A stretch of DNA of 64,000 nucleotides from a virus. The notes under the pieces were generated by a model. It worked only from the letters and a program-made list of their open reading frames with translations. It made no database searches and was not told the DNA's origin. The position numbers and the translations under genes were made by a program. Location of the stretch: the IMG/VR virus record IMGVR_UViG_3300010885_080919, positions 1 through 64,000 of that record; one strand, given 5' to 3'. Of the stretch, positions 47,263 through 55,217 are shown one piece after another. The number at the start of each line of letters is the position of its first letter. The first letter of the stretch is position 1.

Positions 47263-47988
47263 ATGGGATTTGAAGTTTGTTATTATTTCCACGATAAAAT
47301 TAATGGCGAATACGACAAAGAAGAAATAAAAAGTTTCAAAAAGAAGGTAGGAGATCCTTTTGAGGAAACTCCCTTGGAGAAGCTATCTACAGCAATAATG
47401 GCCCAGTTAGCCAGAAGAGATATTTGGATTATCAATGTAGAGGTTTACGAGCTTTCTAAAAAGAAAATCACTTTTAAAGAAACAAAAGGTGGTATGATTA
47501 TAAAAAACAAGAAATTCTTGTTTGATTCTTTAGAAGGCCCAACATCAGTAGAGGATGAAGAAGAGACAAAATGCAATATGCAGCCTCACAACGCATTACA
47601 GCCCCATAATGCATTACAGCCTCACAATACTCTTAAACATCAAGCAAGTGTCTCTAATAGACGCATAGTAGATACAGTGGTCTATTCCCCAGAGCCTGCA
47701 CAGATCATAGAAGCAGAAAGAAAAAATTTAAAACTAACACTTGATAAAAAGTATTCTGTTTTTAAGAAAAGCGTATCTCCAACAGGTTTGGGAGAATTAT
47801 ATTTGATAGAAGATGACGCAGGAAAAGAAATCTCTGTATCAGACGTATATTTTGTACCAGCAGCAGTTAATTTGTATGCTGATAAAGAGTTAGATTTTTC
47901 AGGTGCTCGCAGTCAAAAAGAAGGAGTAAACCTTTTGTGGGGTGGTGCCTCTTTCGATGAAAACATGCCAAATATTCGTAAAAGGTGA
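47263..47988 (+). CDS. Hypothetical protein with 3x QPHNxL repeat
   Basis: ORF; 18-bp repeat at ~47578-47634. Confidence 0.75.
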   Translation: MGFEVCYYFHDKINGEYDKEEIKSFKKKVGDPFEETPLEKLSTAIMAQLARRDIWIINVEVYELSKKKITFKETKGGMIIKNKKFLFDSLEGPTSVEDEEETKCNMQPHNALQPHNALQPHNTLKHQASVSNRRIVDTVVYSPEPAQIIEAERKNLKLTLDKKYSVFKKSVSPTGLGELYLIEDDAGKEISVSDVYFVPAAVNLYADKELDFSGARSQKEGVNLLWGGASFDENMPNIRKR

Positions 47989-47992
47989 AATT

Positions 47993-48469
47993 ATGTCTAA
48001 AAAACAAAAAGAAAGAAAAAAGAAGCTTCGTGAACAAGTCGCACGAAGTAGAGTTGTCAGAAGAAGAGCAACGCTTCGTACAGATAGGAAAAAAGCTTTG
48101 CTTGAGCAAAAAAAGCAGCAAATAGCAGAAAATGCTGTTTATGGCAAACAACAACCTTTTATAAAAGATAATCTTGTAGAAGAACTGACAGATGATCAAA
48201 AGAAGAAGAAATTTGATGAAATTCAAGAAAAAATAAATCATAATTACAAAATTCTTGAAGCTCTTGAACAAGAATACGATCAAGAACAAGCTCAAAGAAA
48301 AGAAATCAATGAGAAGCTAGAACAAGAAGGCTGCAAGACAATAAGAGAGAAAATGGACTCTTTGCATCAAAAAGCTTTAGAGATAGAAGGTAAATCTCAA
48401 GAATTAGCAGATGCTCAGAATGAATATGAAGCAGAAAAGAACGACATAATAGTAGAAAATGACCAGTAA
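47993..48469 (+). CDS. Coiled-coil hypothetical protein
   Basis: Basic N-terminus, acidic coiled coil; AAGGTG RBS. Confidence 0.7.
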   Translation: MSKKQKERKKKLREQVARSRVVRRRATLRTDRKKALLEQKKQQIAENAVYGKQQPFIKDNLVEELTDDQKKKKFDEIQEKINHNYKILEALEQEYDQEQAQRKEINEKLEQEGCKTIREKMDSLHQKALEIEGKSQELADAQNEYEAEKNDIIVENDQ

Positions 48470-48489
48470 AATATTTTTTTTAAAATCTA

Positions 48490-48518
48490 TTGATCTACTG
48501 GCCGATATATCATATAGT
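48490..48518 (+). promoter_or_regulatory. Sigma70-type promoter for the SSB gene
   Basis: TTGATC-17 nt-TATAGT. Confidence 0.6.
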
Positions 48519-48577
48519 TCAAACCAGCGATGAGTTTTGAACACAAAACTTTATTTTTAACTATAGGAGTAACTATT

Positions 48578-49567
48578 ATGTCAACTGAATACGAAGCCCT
48601 TGATATGTCTCAAATGATCTCGGAATACGAGAGAGTCAGCCAAGAGCCTGGTGCCGCAAGAGGCGAAGATTATCTTGAAAAGTTTGTAAGACTGCCAGAT
48701 CGTGATGGATTTGTTTCGATGAGATTTCTGCCTCGCAAAAAGGGACAGAATTTTGTGTGTGTAACAAGAGTTCACACTCTTGTAAATCCTGCAACAAAGC
48801 AGAAGCGAACCTACCATTGCCGTAGAGAGCTTGTACACACAGACAAGGGGCCAAAGTGGCACGGTGATTGCATCATCTGTCGGTATTACTCTGACACATG
48901 GCAGCGATCAGAAGCTGTTAGCGGCAAAGCACAAGAAGATCTTCAGAATCAGGCAAGAGCCATTAAGCCTGTTGAAAGATATTATTACAATGTGATTGTT
49001 CGCTCTGCTAAAAATAAGGACGGCGTAGTAGAGTCTAATGTTGGTCCAAAGATTTATAGTTGCGGAAAGAGCCAGCACGCCAAGATTACACGTGCTATTG
49101 TAGGAGACGAGGTTGCTGGTGAAGCTCCTCTGGGCGACATCACACATCCAATTAATGGCCGAGATTTCAAGGTCGTTAAGAAGGTTGTCAAGGGTGGTGG
49201 AGGTCAGGAGTATCCTAATTATGATAGCTCCAAGTTCGAAGAACCTTCTCCTCTCGGAACCAAAGAAGAGATCTCGAATTGGATCGAAAAGGCCCATGAT
49301 CTTCAAACGCTCAGGGTCGTTAAGACTGACGAGGAACTCAAGCAGGCTTTGCGAGTCCATCTAGGCTTGGTCAAGGATTCAGATTCTTCGCAGAATGATG
49401 ACCTTGAGGAATTTAAGTCTGCAGGTCAATCAAGTAGTGCTCCTGCTCCTGTTGCTGCTTCGAAAATTAAAGAAGAAGTAAAGGTTTTAACTCCTAAGGC
49501 AGTTGAGTCTAACGATGAAGACTTGCTGGCAGACGACGATTTTATGCGTGAATTAGGATCTATGTGA
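48578..49567 (+). CDS. gp32-like single-stranded DNA-binding protein
   Basis: MRFLP, H...C...CIIC zinc ligands, RYYYNV, GRDF, YPNYDSSKF, acidic tail; AGGAG RBS. Confidence 0.85.
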   Translation: MSTEYEALDMSQMISEYERVSQEPGAARGEDYLEKFVRLPDRDGFVSMRFLPRKKGQNFVCVTRVHTLVNPATKQKRTYHCRRELVHTDKGPKWHGDCIICRYYSDTWQRSEAVSGKAQEDLQNQARAIKPVERYYYNVIVRSAKNKDGVVESNVGPKIYSCGKSQHAKITRAIVGDEVAGEAPLGDITHPINGRDFKVVKKVVKGGGGQEYPNYDSSKFEEPSPLGTKEEISNWIEKAHDLQTLRVVKTDEELKQALRVHLGLVKDSDSSQNDDLEEFKSAGQSSSAPAPVAASKIKEEVKVLTPKAVESNDEDLLADDDFMRELGSM

Positions 49568-49584
49568 TGTGACTCCTGTTCCGG

Positions 49585-49638
49585 TGGGGGGGTAGGAGAA
49601 ATGCTCCATACCCATCTTCTTCTACCCCCTCTTTTTTT
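49585..49638 (+). terminator. Intrinsic terminator after the SSB gene
   Basis: GGGGGGTAGGAGA / TCTTCTACCCCCT followed by a T-run. Confidence 0.65.
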
Positions 49639-49663
49639 ATATTTTACAATACAAGGAATTTTT

Positions 49664-50908
49664 ATGGCTAAGAAGAAAAATGCGGTTGATGCTGATGAAG
49701 AAGATAATTTCTTTGAGGATTTCGCAAAGAAAACTGGATGCGAAGTTCTTGATAAAATAGATAGTGTTAAATATTTTGTAGACACAGGCTCTTTAGCCTT
49801 GAACTACATATGCTCAGGAAAATTTATAGCTGGTGGTGTTCCGGGCGGCAAATTAACAGAAATATATGGCCCAAGCTCTTCTTCAAAGAGTTTAATTGGT
49901 ACGAATATATTGCATGGTTGCCAGAGAATGAAAGGAATTCCAATCCTTTTAGATTGCGAGAATTCTGCAAACAAAGAGTTTATTAAGAAGGCATCTCACT
50001 GCGATCTTAAAAAGGTGGCACGATGTGCTCCAGAAAGTTTGGAAGAAGTCTTTTTGAAGATGCACAAGATGATTGAATATGTGCGTGAGAAAAAAGATAA
50101 TAGTGTTCCAATTGTTATTTTGTACGATTCGATTGGAGTATCACCATCAGCCAGAGAGCTTAAAGAAGTAGCACTGCCTGAGAATTTTACAAAAGCAGAT
50201 TTCAAAAGAATAGTCGGAGGAAATGAGCAACCGGGCGAAAGAGCCAAGATTTGTTCAAAGGAATTCAGGAAACTGAACACCGCTTTGGAAAAGCATAATG
50301 CCACGGTTGTAATATTAAATCAGACTAGAGATAAAATCGGCGGTTTTGCTCCAATGGGAATGCAGGCAAAAACCACAGCGGGTGGTGGTAACGCTCTTCC
50401 TTTTTATGCTTCATGTCGCATAGAAACTAAGACCCAAATTAAAATTGACCGTAAAATTACGGCAACTAAGAAAAAGGTCTTGGGAATTAATGTCAAGATG
50501 AAGAATGTGAAAAACAAGACTCATAGGCCATTCATAGAGTCAGATAACATTCAACTATTGTTTGATAGAGGAGTTAATCCTTTGAGTGGTCTCTTGTCTT
50601 GTTTGATGGACGCAGATCGCATCGAAGCAAAGAGTGCAGGAAATTTTCTTGTCAAACAGCCATGGGCAGGAACAGAAGAAGAAGTAAAATTCAAGGCAAG
50701 CCTTGATCGAAATGATGTTCCTATGGATATTTTGCTCAAATGTCCAGGTTTAATCGATGCTGTTAGCGAAGAAGAAGTGAGAGAATATCTAGAACCTTTT
50801 ATGGAAGCAATTAATTTTGATCCTGAAAGCGACAAGGACATTGTCATCACTGATGTTTCCTCAGGATTTGATGATTACGGAATTGATGAAGATTTAGAAG
50901 CTGAGTAA
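49664..50908 (+). CDS. recA: RecA/UvsX recombinase
   Basis: DTGSLALN, EIYGPSSSSKS, DSI, ILNQTR, GGGNALPFYASCR, KNK..RPF. Confidence 0.92.
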   Translation: MAKKKNAVDADEEDNFFEDFAKKTGCEVLDKIDSVKYFVDTGSLALNYICSGKFIAGGVPGGKLTEIYGPSSSSKSLIGTNILHGCQRMKGIPILLDCENSANKEFIKKASHCDLKKVARCAPESLEEVFLKMHKMIEYVREKKDNSVPIVILYDSIGVSPSARELKEVALPENFTKADFKRIVGGNEQPGERAKICSKEFRKLNTALEKHNATVVILNQTRDKIGGFAPMGMQAKTTAGGGNALPFYASCRIETKTQIKIDRKITATKKKVLGINVKMKNVKNKTHRPFIESDNIQLLFDRGVNPLSGLLSCLMDADRIEAKSAGNFLVKQPWAGTEEEVKFKASLDRNDVPMDILLKCPGLIDAVSEEEVREYLEPFMEAINFDPESDKDIVITDVSSGFDDYGIDEDLEAE

Positions 50909-50922
50909 AAAATTATAAGAAT

Positions 50923-50961
50923 GGTGGGTGGTGCTAGTCCTTTTGGAAAGCACCACCCACC
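50923..50961 (+). other. GC-rich 13-bp hairpin just 5' of the tRNA
   Basis: GGTGGGTGGTGCT / AGCACCACCCACC. Confidence 0.7.
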
Positions 50962-50971
50962 GGAACTTTAT

Positions 50972-51242
50972 GGCCCCATCGTCTAACGGTTAGGACAGCA
51001 GACTTTCAAAAGGGAGTGCCTAAAGAGAAATCTTTAGAGTAGAATCGCTCAAAGTCGGTGAACGCTTTAAAATGCTAATACCGAGCCAAGCCTAAGTGAT
51101 TAGGAAGGTGTAGAGACTTGACGGGCGACACCTAAAGCAACAGCTATGGTGAAGGTAAAGTCCACAGACAAATCGAAAGAGCAACGAAAGTTGCAGTGTC
51201 TAGGTCAATCTGCTAATCGGAGTTCGATTCTCCGTGGGGTCA
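50972..51242 (+). tRNA. tRNA-Glu(UUC); exons 50972-51005 and 51205-51242; CCA not encoded
   Basis: Acceptor GGCCCCA/TGGGGTC, anticodon arm GCAGA-CTTTCAA-TCTGC after splicing, T arm CGGAG-TTCGATT-CTCCG. Confidence 0.9.
51006..51204 (+). mobile_element. Group I self-splicing intron (199 nt, no ORF) in the tRNA anticodon
   Basis: P1 ACUUUC/GGGAGU with U.G at the splice site, P/Q AAAGUCGGUGAA / AAUACCGAG, R GUAGAGACU, S AAGGUAAAGUCC, terminal G. Confidence 0.88.
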
Positions 51243-51260
51243 CTTTAAAATTTAAATTAA

Positions 51261-51506
51261 ATGCACGAAACACCTGATAAACAGTACCGCCTCAATAATG
51301 TGGCCAATTTAATTTTAATTCTCCAGAGGTTGCCACAAGACGCCCTAATATATCCTGTTAGTATTAATTGCGAAATGGACCTTTCCTGCACAGAAGTAGT
51401 CACTACTATCGAATTGAAAATATTTGCAAACTTATTAGATGTGATCTCAAATCCTGTAGCGGTTATCGAACAAAACATCACACCTAATAGGATAGAGTTT
51501 AAATGA
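51261..51506 (+). CDS. Hypothetical protein
   Basis: ORF overlapping the next start (ATGA). Confidence 0.5.
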   Translation: MHETPDKQYRLNNVANLILILQRLPQDALIYPVSINCEMDLSCTEVVTTIELKIFANLLDVISNPVAVIEQNITPNRIEFK

Positions 51507-51850
51507 ACGACCTTGTTGAAAGATTAATTGCTGCATCTCAACTTCTTAATGAAGCCGCAGAAAAAATCAAAGAGTTAGAGGATTGTCTTCGATGGACACC
51601 AATTGAAGACGGTATCCCCACAGAATATGAATATGTAGAATATACAGGCATGTGCGGAACGCAGATTGGGCGTGCTTTTCTTGAATCATCAGGCACTATT
51701 AGCTTCATGGAGGCAGAAGATGGCCCCCATCACATAGGTACTGATGAACAAGGCCAGATTGGAGTTACTCACTGGCGACGTATTCCAAAAGACCCTACAG
51801 CCGATCAGATACTGAACAGCATCAAGACGACAGATCATCGAATTTCTTGA
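51503..51850 (+). CDS. DUF551-like protein
   Basis: RWTPIEDGIP...VTHWRRIP. Confidence 0.75.
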   Translation: MNDLVERLIAASQLLNEAAEKIKELEDCLRWTPIEDGIPTEYEYVEYTGMCGTQIGRAFLESSGTISFMEAEDGPHHIGTDEQGQIGVTHWRRIPKDPTADQILNSIKTTDHRIS

Positions 51851-51855
51851 TTGAT

Positions 51856-52302
51856 TTAATTTGATCTTTTGTAAACACCAGTTTTAATTTTTGAGAATTC
51901 ATATCCTTTTTTCTCTAATTCTAATTTTGTCTTTTTAAAGTAGTTGTACAAAGTTACCTCTGATATATCGTACTTTTTAAATTTGCTTTTAATCTTCTTG
52001 ATTGACATTGGCTTTTTATTTATAAGCTCTGTCACTATAAAATCTTTAATTTTACCTGATAGATTGTTTTTTTCTGTTTTTTTGATTTGTTCTATTATTT
52101 TGTAGGTGTTCTCTATCTTTTTGTTACCTACACTGCATAGTGCAGAAGCAAGTTGATCTAACTCTAGAATCTCTCCTTTTTCTAACTCTACTATAAAAGC
52201 TTTAGAATTGAATGTTTTCAAAAAATCATTTAGTTGAATTAGATTTTTTTTATGCGTAAAAAACTGTCTTTTATCGTTTGTTTCTATTAATATGCATTTC
52301 AT
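51856..52302 (-). CDS. Hypothetical protein, possible C-terminal winged HTH
   Basis: Basic helical C-terminus (ISEVTLYNYF...GVY). Confidence 0.55.
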   Translation of the reverse strand: MKCILIETNDKRQFFTHKKNLIQLNDFLKTFNSKAFIVELEKGEILELDQLASALCSVGNKKIENTYKIIEQIKKTEKNNLSGKIKDFIVTELINKKPMSIKKIKSKFKKYDISEVTLYNYFKKTKLELEKKGYEFSKIKTGVYKRSN

Positions 52303-52359
52303 ATTTGATTCCTTTACAAATTATTATATATTTAATACGCCTTTAAACAAGAGGGATTT

Positions 52360-53298
52360 ATGGATTTAAATTCTCTGATTAGATTTGGCGTGGAAATAGA
52401 GATAAATTCTTTTGATGGCCTTAGCAAACCTCTCGGTCATCAAGCAGGCGAACCACCAGTTGGAATGTACTGTGTAGCAGATTTGATATATCGAGCAATT
52501 AAAGAAAAAGTTTTTATCAATAAGTGGGGTAATAATCACGACAACGATTACTGGGTAATAAAACCAGATTCTAGTTGTGGAATAGAAATATGCTCTCCTG
52601 TTTTGAAGGGGTGGTATGGAATAAAAAAAATAAAAAAAATAGCTAATTGTTTACATGAAGACAAGAGCGTGACGAGTGATGATAGATGTTCTTATCATGT
52701 TCATTTTGATGTTTCTGATTTTTCTTCTGAAGAGCTTAATTCTGTAATTTCTTGGTGGATAAAATGCGAAGCAGTTTTTATGGATGCTATGCCAAAAAAT
52801 AGAAAAATAAATCAATTTTGCCAATTGATAGCGGCCACAGATGTTATTCCAAATGTTGCAAGTTTTTTATCTACAGAAGATTTAGTAAAAAGATTAGGTA
52901 TTTCAAAATATTATTCTATGAACACGTTCCATTATTACAACAATAAAAGAGAGAGCATCGAGTTTAGAATAATGGACAATGAATGTTGTTTGGACTCCGA
53001 AGCTGCTGGTAATTGGGTGGCTTTTTTGTTGCACTTTTTAGAAACTTGTAGAAAAAAAGGCAGGCCAAAATCTTTTGTGCCTAGCGATAGTATGAGTGGA
53101 TATTGTTGGTTAGATCCAATAGAAGTTTTTAACTTTTTGGATTTCACGCCTGAGTTTGATACGTCTCCAAGATTGCTGGAGGTTAAAAACTGGTTCTTAA
53201 CTAGACTAAAAAATAATAGTGTTGATGCACATTCCAACGGCTTGTTTAGCAAGCAGTGTAGAAGCGTAGCGATTAAACAAATTAAAAAAATGAATTGA
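52360..53298 (+). CDS. Putative amidoligase (COOH-NH2 ligase type 2)
   Basis: FGVEIE, WVIKPDSS, EICSPVL, CSYHVH, KYYSMN, SIEFR. Confidence 0.85.
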   Translation: MDLNSLIRFGVEIEINSFDGLSKPLGHQAGEPPVGMYCVADLIYRAIKEKVFINKWGNNHDNDYWVIKPDSSCGIEICSPVLKGWYGIKKIKKIANCLHEDKSVTSDDRCSYHVHFDVSDFSSEELNSVISWWIKCEAVFMDAMPKNRKINQFCQLIAATDVIPNVASFLSTEDLVKRLGISKYYSMNTFHYYNNKRESIEFRIMDNECCLDSEAAGNWVAFLLHFLETCRKKGRPKSFVPSDSMSGYCWLDPIEVFNFLDFTPEFDTSPRLLEVKNWFLTRLKNNSVDAHSNGLFSKQCRSVAIKQIKKMN

Positions 53299-53318
53299 TA
53301 TATAATATTGGAGATTTT

Positions 53319-53783
53319 ATGTTAAGAAAAGAGAGAGAACTAAACGAAGTAATAGCTAATATGAAGTCTTTGGGGGAGATGTTGGTCCCATACAATTATC
53401 CTCGTACTCCGTTGATTTTATACGAAGATTCTTATGAGTTTTTCAAAGAAAGAGATGTTGTTGTAGACGGATATTCGCTTATCATTCATTACCAAAAATC
53501 TGATTACAAAGAATATTTTCTTAAGACTTTTCAAATCCACAATAAAACTGGGCCTTTTTTGCCATTTTATTTGGTTGCGAAAATGGCAAAAAAGTTTTTA
53601 GGATCTGAGTATTTGTCTTTAGTAGAGATATTCAAAGACAGCAAGAAAATTTATTGTTGGTCTGTTGCAGTAGATGAGAATGATGTTGCTATTGAAACTC
53701 CATACGAAATAGATGGCGAAAAGTGTAGTTTTGAGGGGTTTGAATATATCTACATGAGCCCAGAAAGTATCAATTTCTATTGA
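53319..53783 (+). CDS. Hypothetical protein
   Basis: GGAG RBS, ORF. Confidence 0.7.
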   Translation: MLRKERELNEVIANMKSLGEMLVPYNYPRTPLILYEDSYEFFKERDVVVDGYSLIIHYQKSDYKEYFLKTFQIHNKTGPFLPFYLVAKMAKKFLGSEYLSLVEIFKDSKKIYCWSVAVDENDVAIETPYEIDGEKCSFEGFEYIYMSPESINFY

Positions 53784-53881
53784 TTTGCAGATTGGCAATT
53801 GGAAATATTCTTTAAAAAAAAGATTTTAGACCCATATATATGATTAGTAGGATTCTACTTTTTGCAAAAAGGAGATAATAT

Positions 53882-54109
53882 ATGTCAAATTATGCAGTAC
53901 AACTCGTTCCAGCACTAGTCAATTTCGCAACAGAAAGTGGACTAGATACCTCAGTCGTGGGTGGTGTTTCTCTCCAGAGAACTCTAAACATGGTTATGAC
54001 TGTTGATTCATCTGCTAATCGCAAGATGGTCGTTGCAGTCAAAGACGACGGTACTTTTAGCGACGTTCCGCAGACACTAGTTAGTGTCCCCGGCATTATC
54101 GCTGGTTGA
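53882..54109 (+). CDS. Small protein, probably highly expressed/structural
   Basis: AAGGAG RBS, TATATA upstream, terminator downstream. Confidence 0.7.
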   Translation: MSNYAVQLVPALVNFATESGLDTSVVGGVSLQRTLNMVMTVDSSANRKMVVAVKDDGTFSDVPQTLVSVPGIIAG

Positions 54110-54134
54110 TTTTCGGAATGAAAAAAACGATAAG

Positions 54135-54172
54135 AAAAAGGGTCATTTTTGAAAAAGAATGATCCTTTTTTG
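54135..54172 (+). terminator. Intrinsic terminator
   Basis: AAAAAGGGTCATTTTT-GAAA-AAGAATGATCCTTTTT. Confidence 0.75.
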
Positions 54173-54227
54173 TTTTGATTTTAATATATAAATATATGAA
54201 CATTCCTTTTTCGCAAAGGAGCTTAAA

Positions 54228-54530
54228 ATGTCTTCCAAAGGTAAAATTCAGCATTTGCTTGTTGATTATCTTCTTAAATACGGCCAAATTGAATTGGCTC
54301 TCCCAGATGGAGTTGTGTTAGAAATAGGTGTAACACAAGAAGATGAAACTGGTGGCTTCATAGTCAAAGATGATTATTGTTGGGTCATTGCGACTCACAA
54401 GAATCGATCAGCTTCGTTGGATCCATATAATCTTGGAATAAGATTTACTGGAAACAATAAAAATTTAGTTTTAGAAGACAAATTTGTTGACCAAGACGGA
54501 CTAGAAGTCACAAGATTAGACGTAGTCTAA
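54228..54530 (+). CDS. Hypothetical protein
   Basis: AAGGAG RBS; TATAAATA at ~54187. Confidence 0.75.
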   Translation: MSSKGKIQHLLVDYLLKYGQIELALPDGVVLEIGVTQEDETGGFIVKDDYCWVIATHKNRSASLDPYNLGIRFTGNNKNLVLEDKFVDQDGLEVTRLDVV

Positions 54531-54859
54531 GCAGGATGCAGATTCCCTACAATTGAACGAATCTTAGTTTCCTTATTATCGTAAGGGACAAAGGCTTCCA
54601 TTGTACCTTCTGCAATCTGATTGTTTATAAGATTATAAAACTCAATCCAGAAATAATATCCTTCTTTTGTAGAATAAAATCTTGATAAAGATATACTATC
54701 TCCCTTGATCGATCCTCTTTTGGTTGGTATTATAATTAAATTGTTGAGGTTCTTTTGTAACTCAGTTTTTACAAGAGCTTTTAACAGTTGTATGTCGATA
54801 AATTGAGTCCAATTTGCGACAATTAGTTCTTCTAATTTTTCTTCTTTGATTATTTTCAT
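54527..54859 (-). CDS. Hypothetical protein
   Basis: ORF from MKIIKEE. Confidence 0.65.
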   Translation of the reverse strand: MKIIKEEKLEELIVANWTQFIDIQLLKALVKTELQKNLNNLIIIPTKRGSIKGDSISLSRFYSTKEGYYFWIEFYNLINNQIAEGTMEAFVPYDNKETKIRSIVGNLHPA

Positions 54860-54873
54860 AAAGGTAAATAGTA

Positions 54874-55125
54874 ATGAAAAAGCCAATAGATACATTTTTA
54901 AAAGAGTATTGCCATGAGCTTTCCGACGATCATTTGAAGTTTTTGTCTCAAAGGTTTGCTCAGAAACTCTACGGCGACACAGTTGAAATTCTAAATTTTT
55001 TGAGTTCTAACAAAGCAGTTGATAAGTGGTTTTCTTCTGCTTGCTCTTGCGATAATTTCTACGAGATGTTAGACTCGTTTCAAGAGATTGTAGAAAAAGA
55101 AAATCAAATTCGACAGCCGGCTTAA
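54874..55125 (+). CDS. Hypothetical protein
   Basis: ORF followed by terminator. Confidence 0.7.
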   Translation: MKKPIDTFLKEYCHELSDDHLKFLSQRFAQKLYGDTVEILNFLSSNKAVDKWFSSACSCDNFYEMLDSFQEIVEKENQIRQPA

Positions 55126-55161
55126 TTCATTTATTCATTCATTCATTCATTCATTATAAGG

Positions 55162-55198
55162 CAAAAGCCCGCACATAGTTTCTATTTGCGGGCTTTTG
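55162..55198. terminator. Intrinsic terminator preceded by an (ATTC)n tract
   Basis: CAAAAGCCCGCACATAG-TTT-CTATTTGCGGGCTTTTG. Confidence 0.8.
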
Positions 55199-55217
55199 TT
55201 CTAGAAAGATATAAAAT

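Noticed and set aside
49864-49893. Atypical Walker A (GPSSSSKS) as an inactive RecA
   Set aside because: Phage UvsX proteins tolerate a non-Gly before the Lys (T4 has GPSKSFKS); other motifs are intact
48581-50850. Antisense ORFs within the SSB and recA genes
   Set aside because: Typical shadows of biased codon usage; no independent signals
55125-55155. (ATTC)n tract as a phase-variation switch
   Set aside because: It lies in a 3' UTR before a terminator, not in a coding or promoter position
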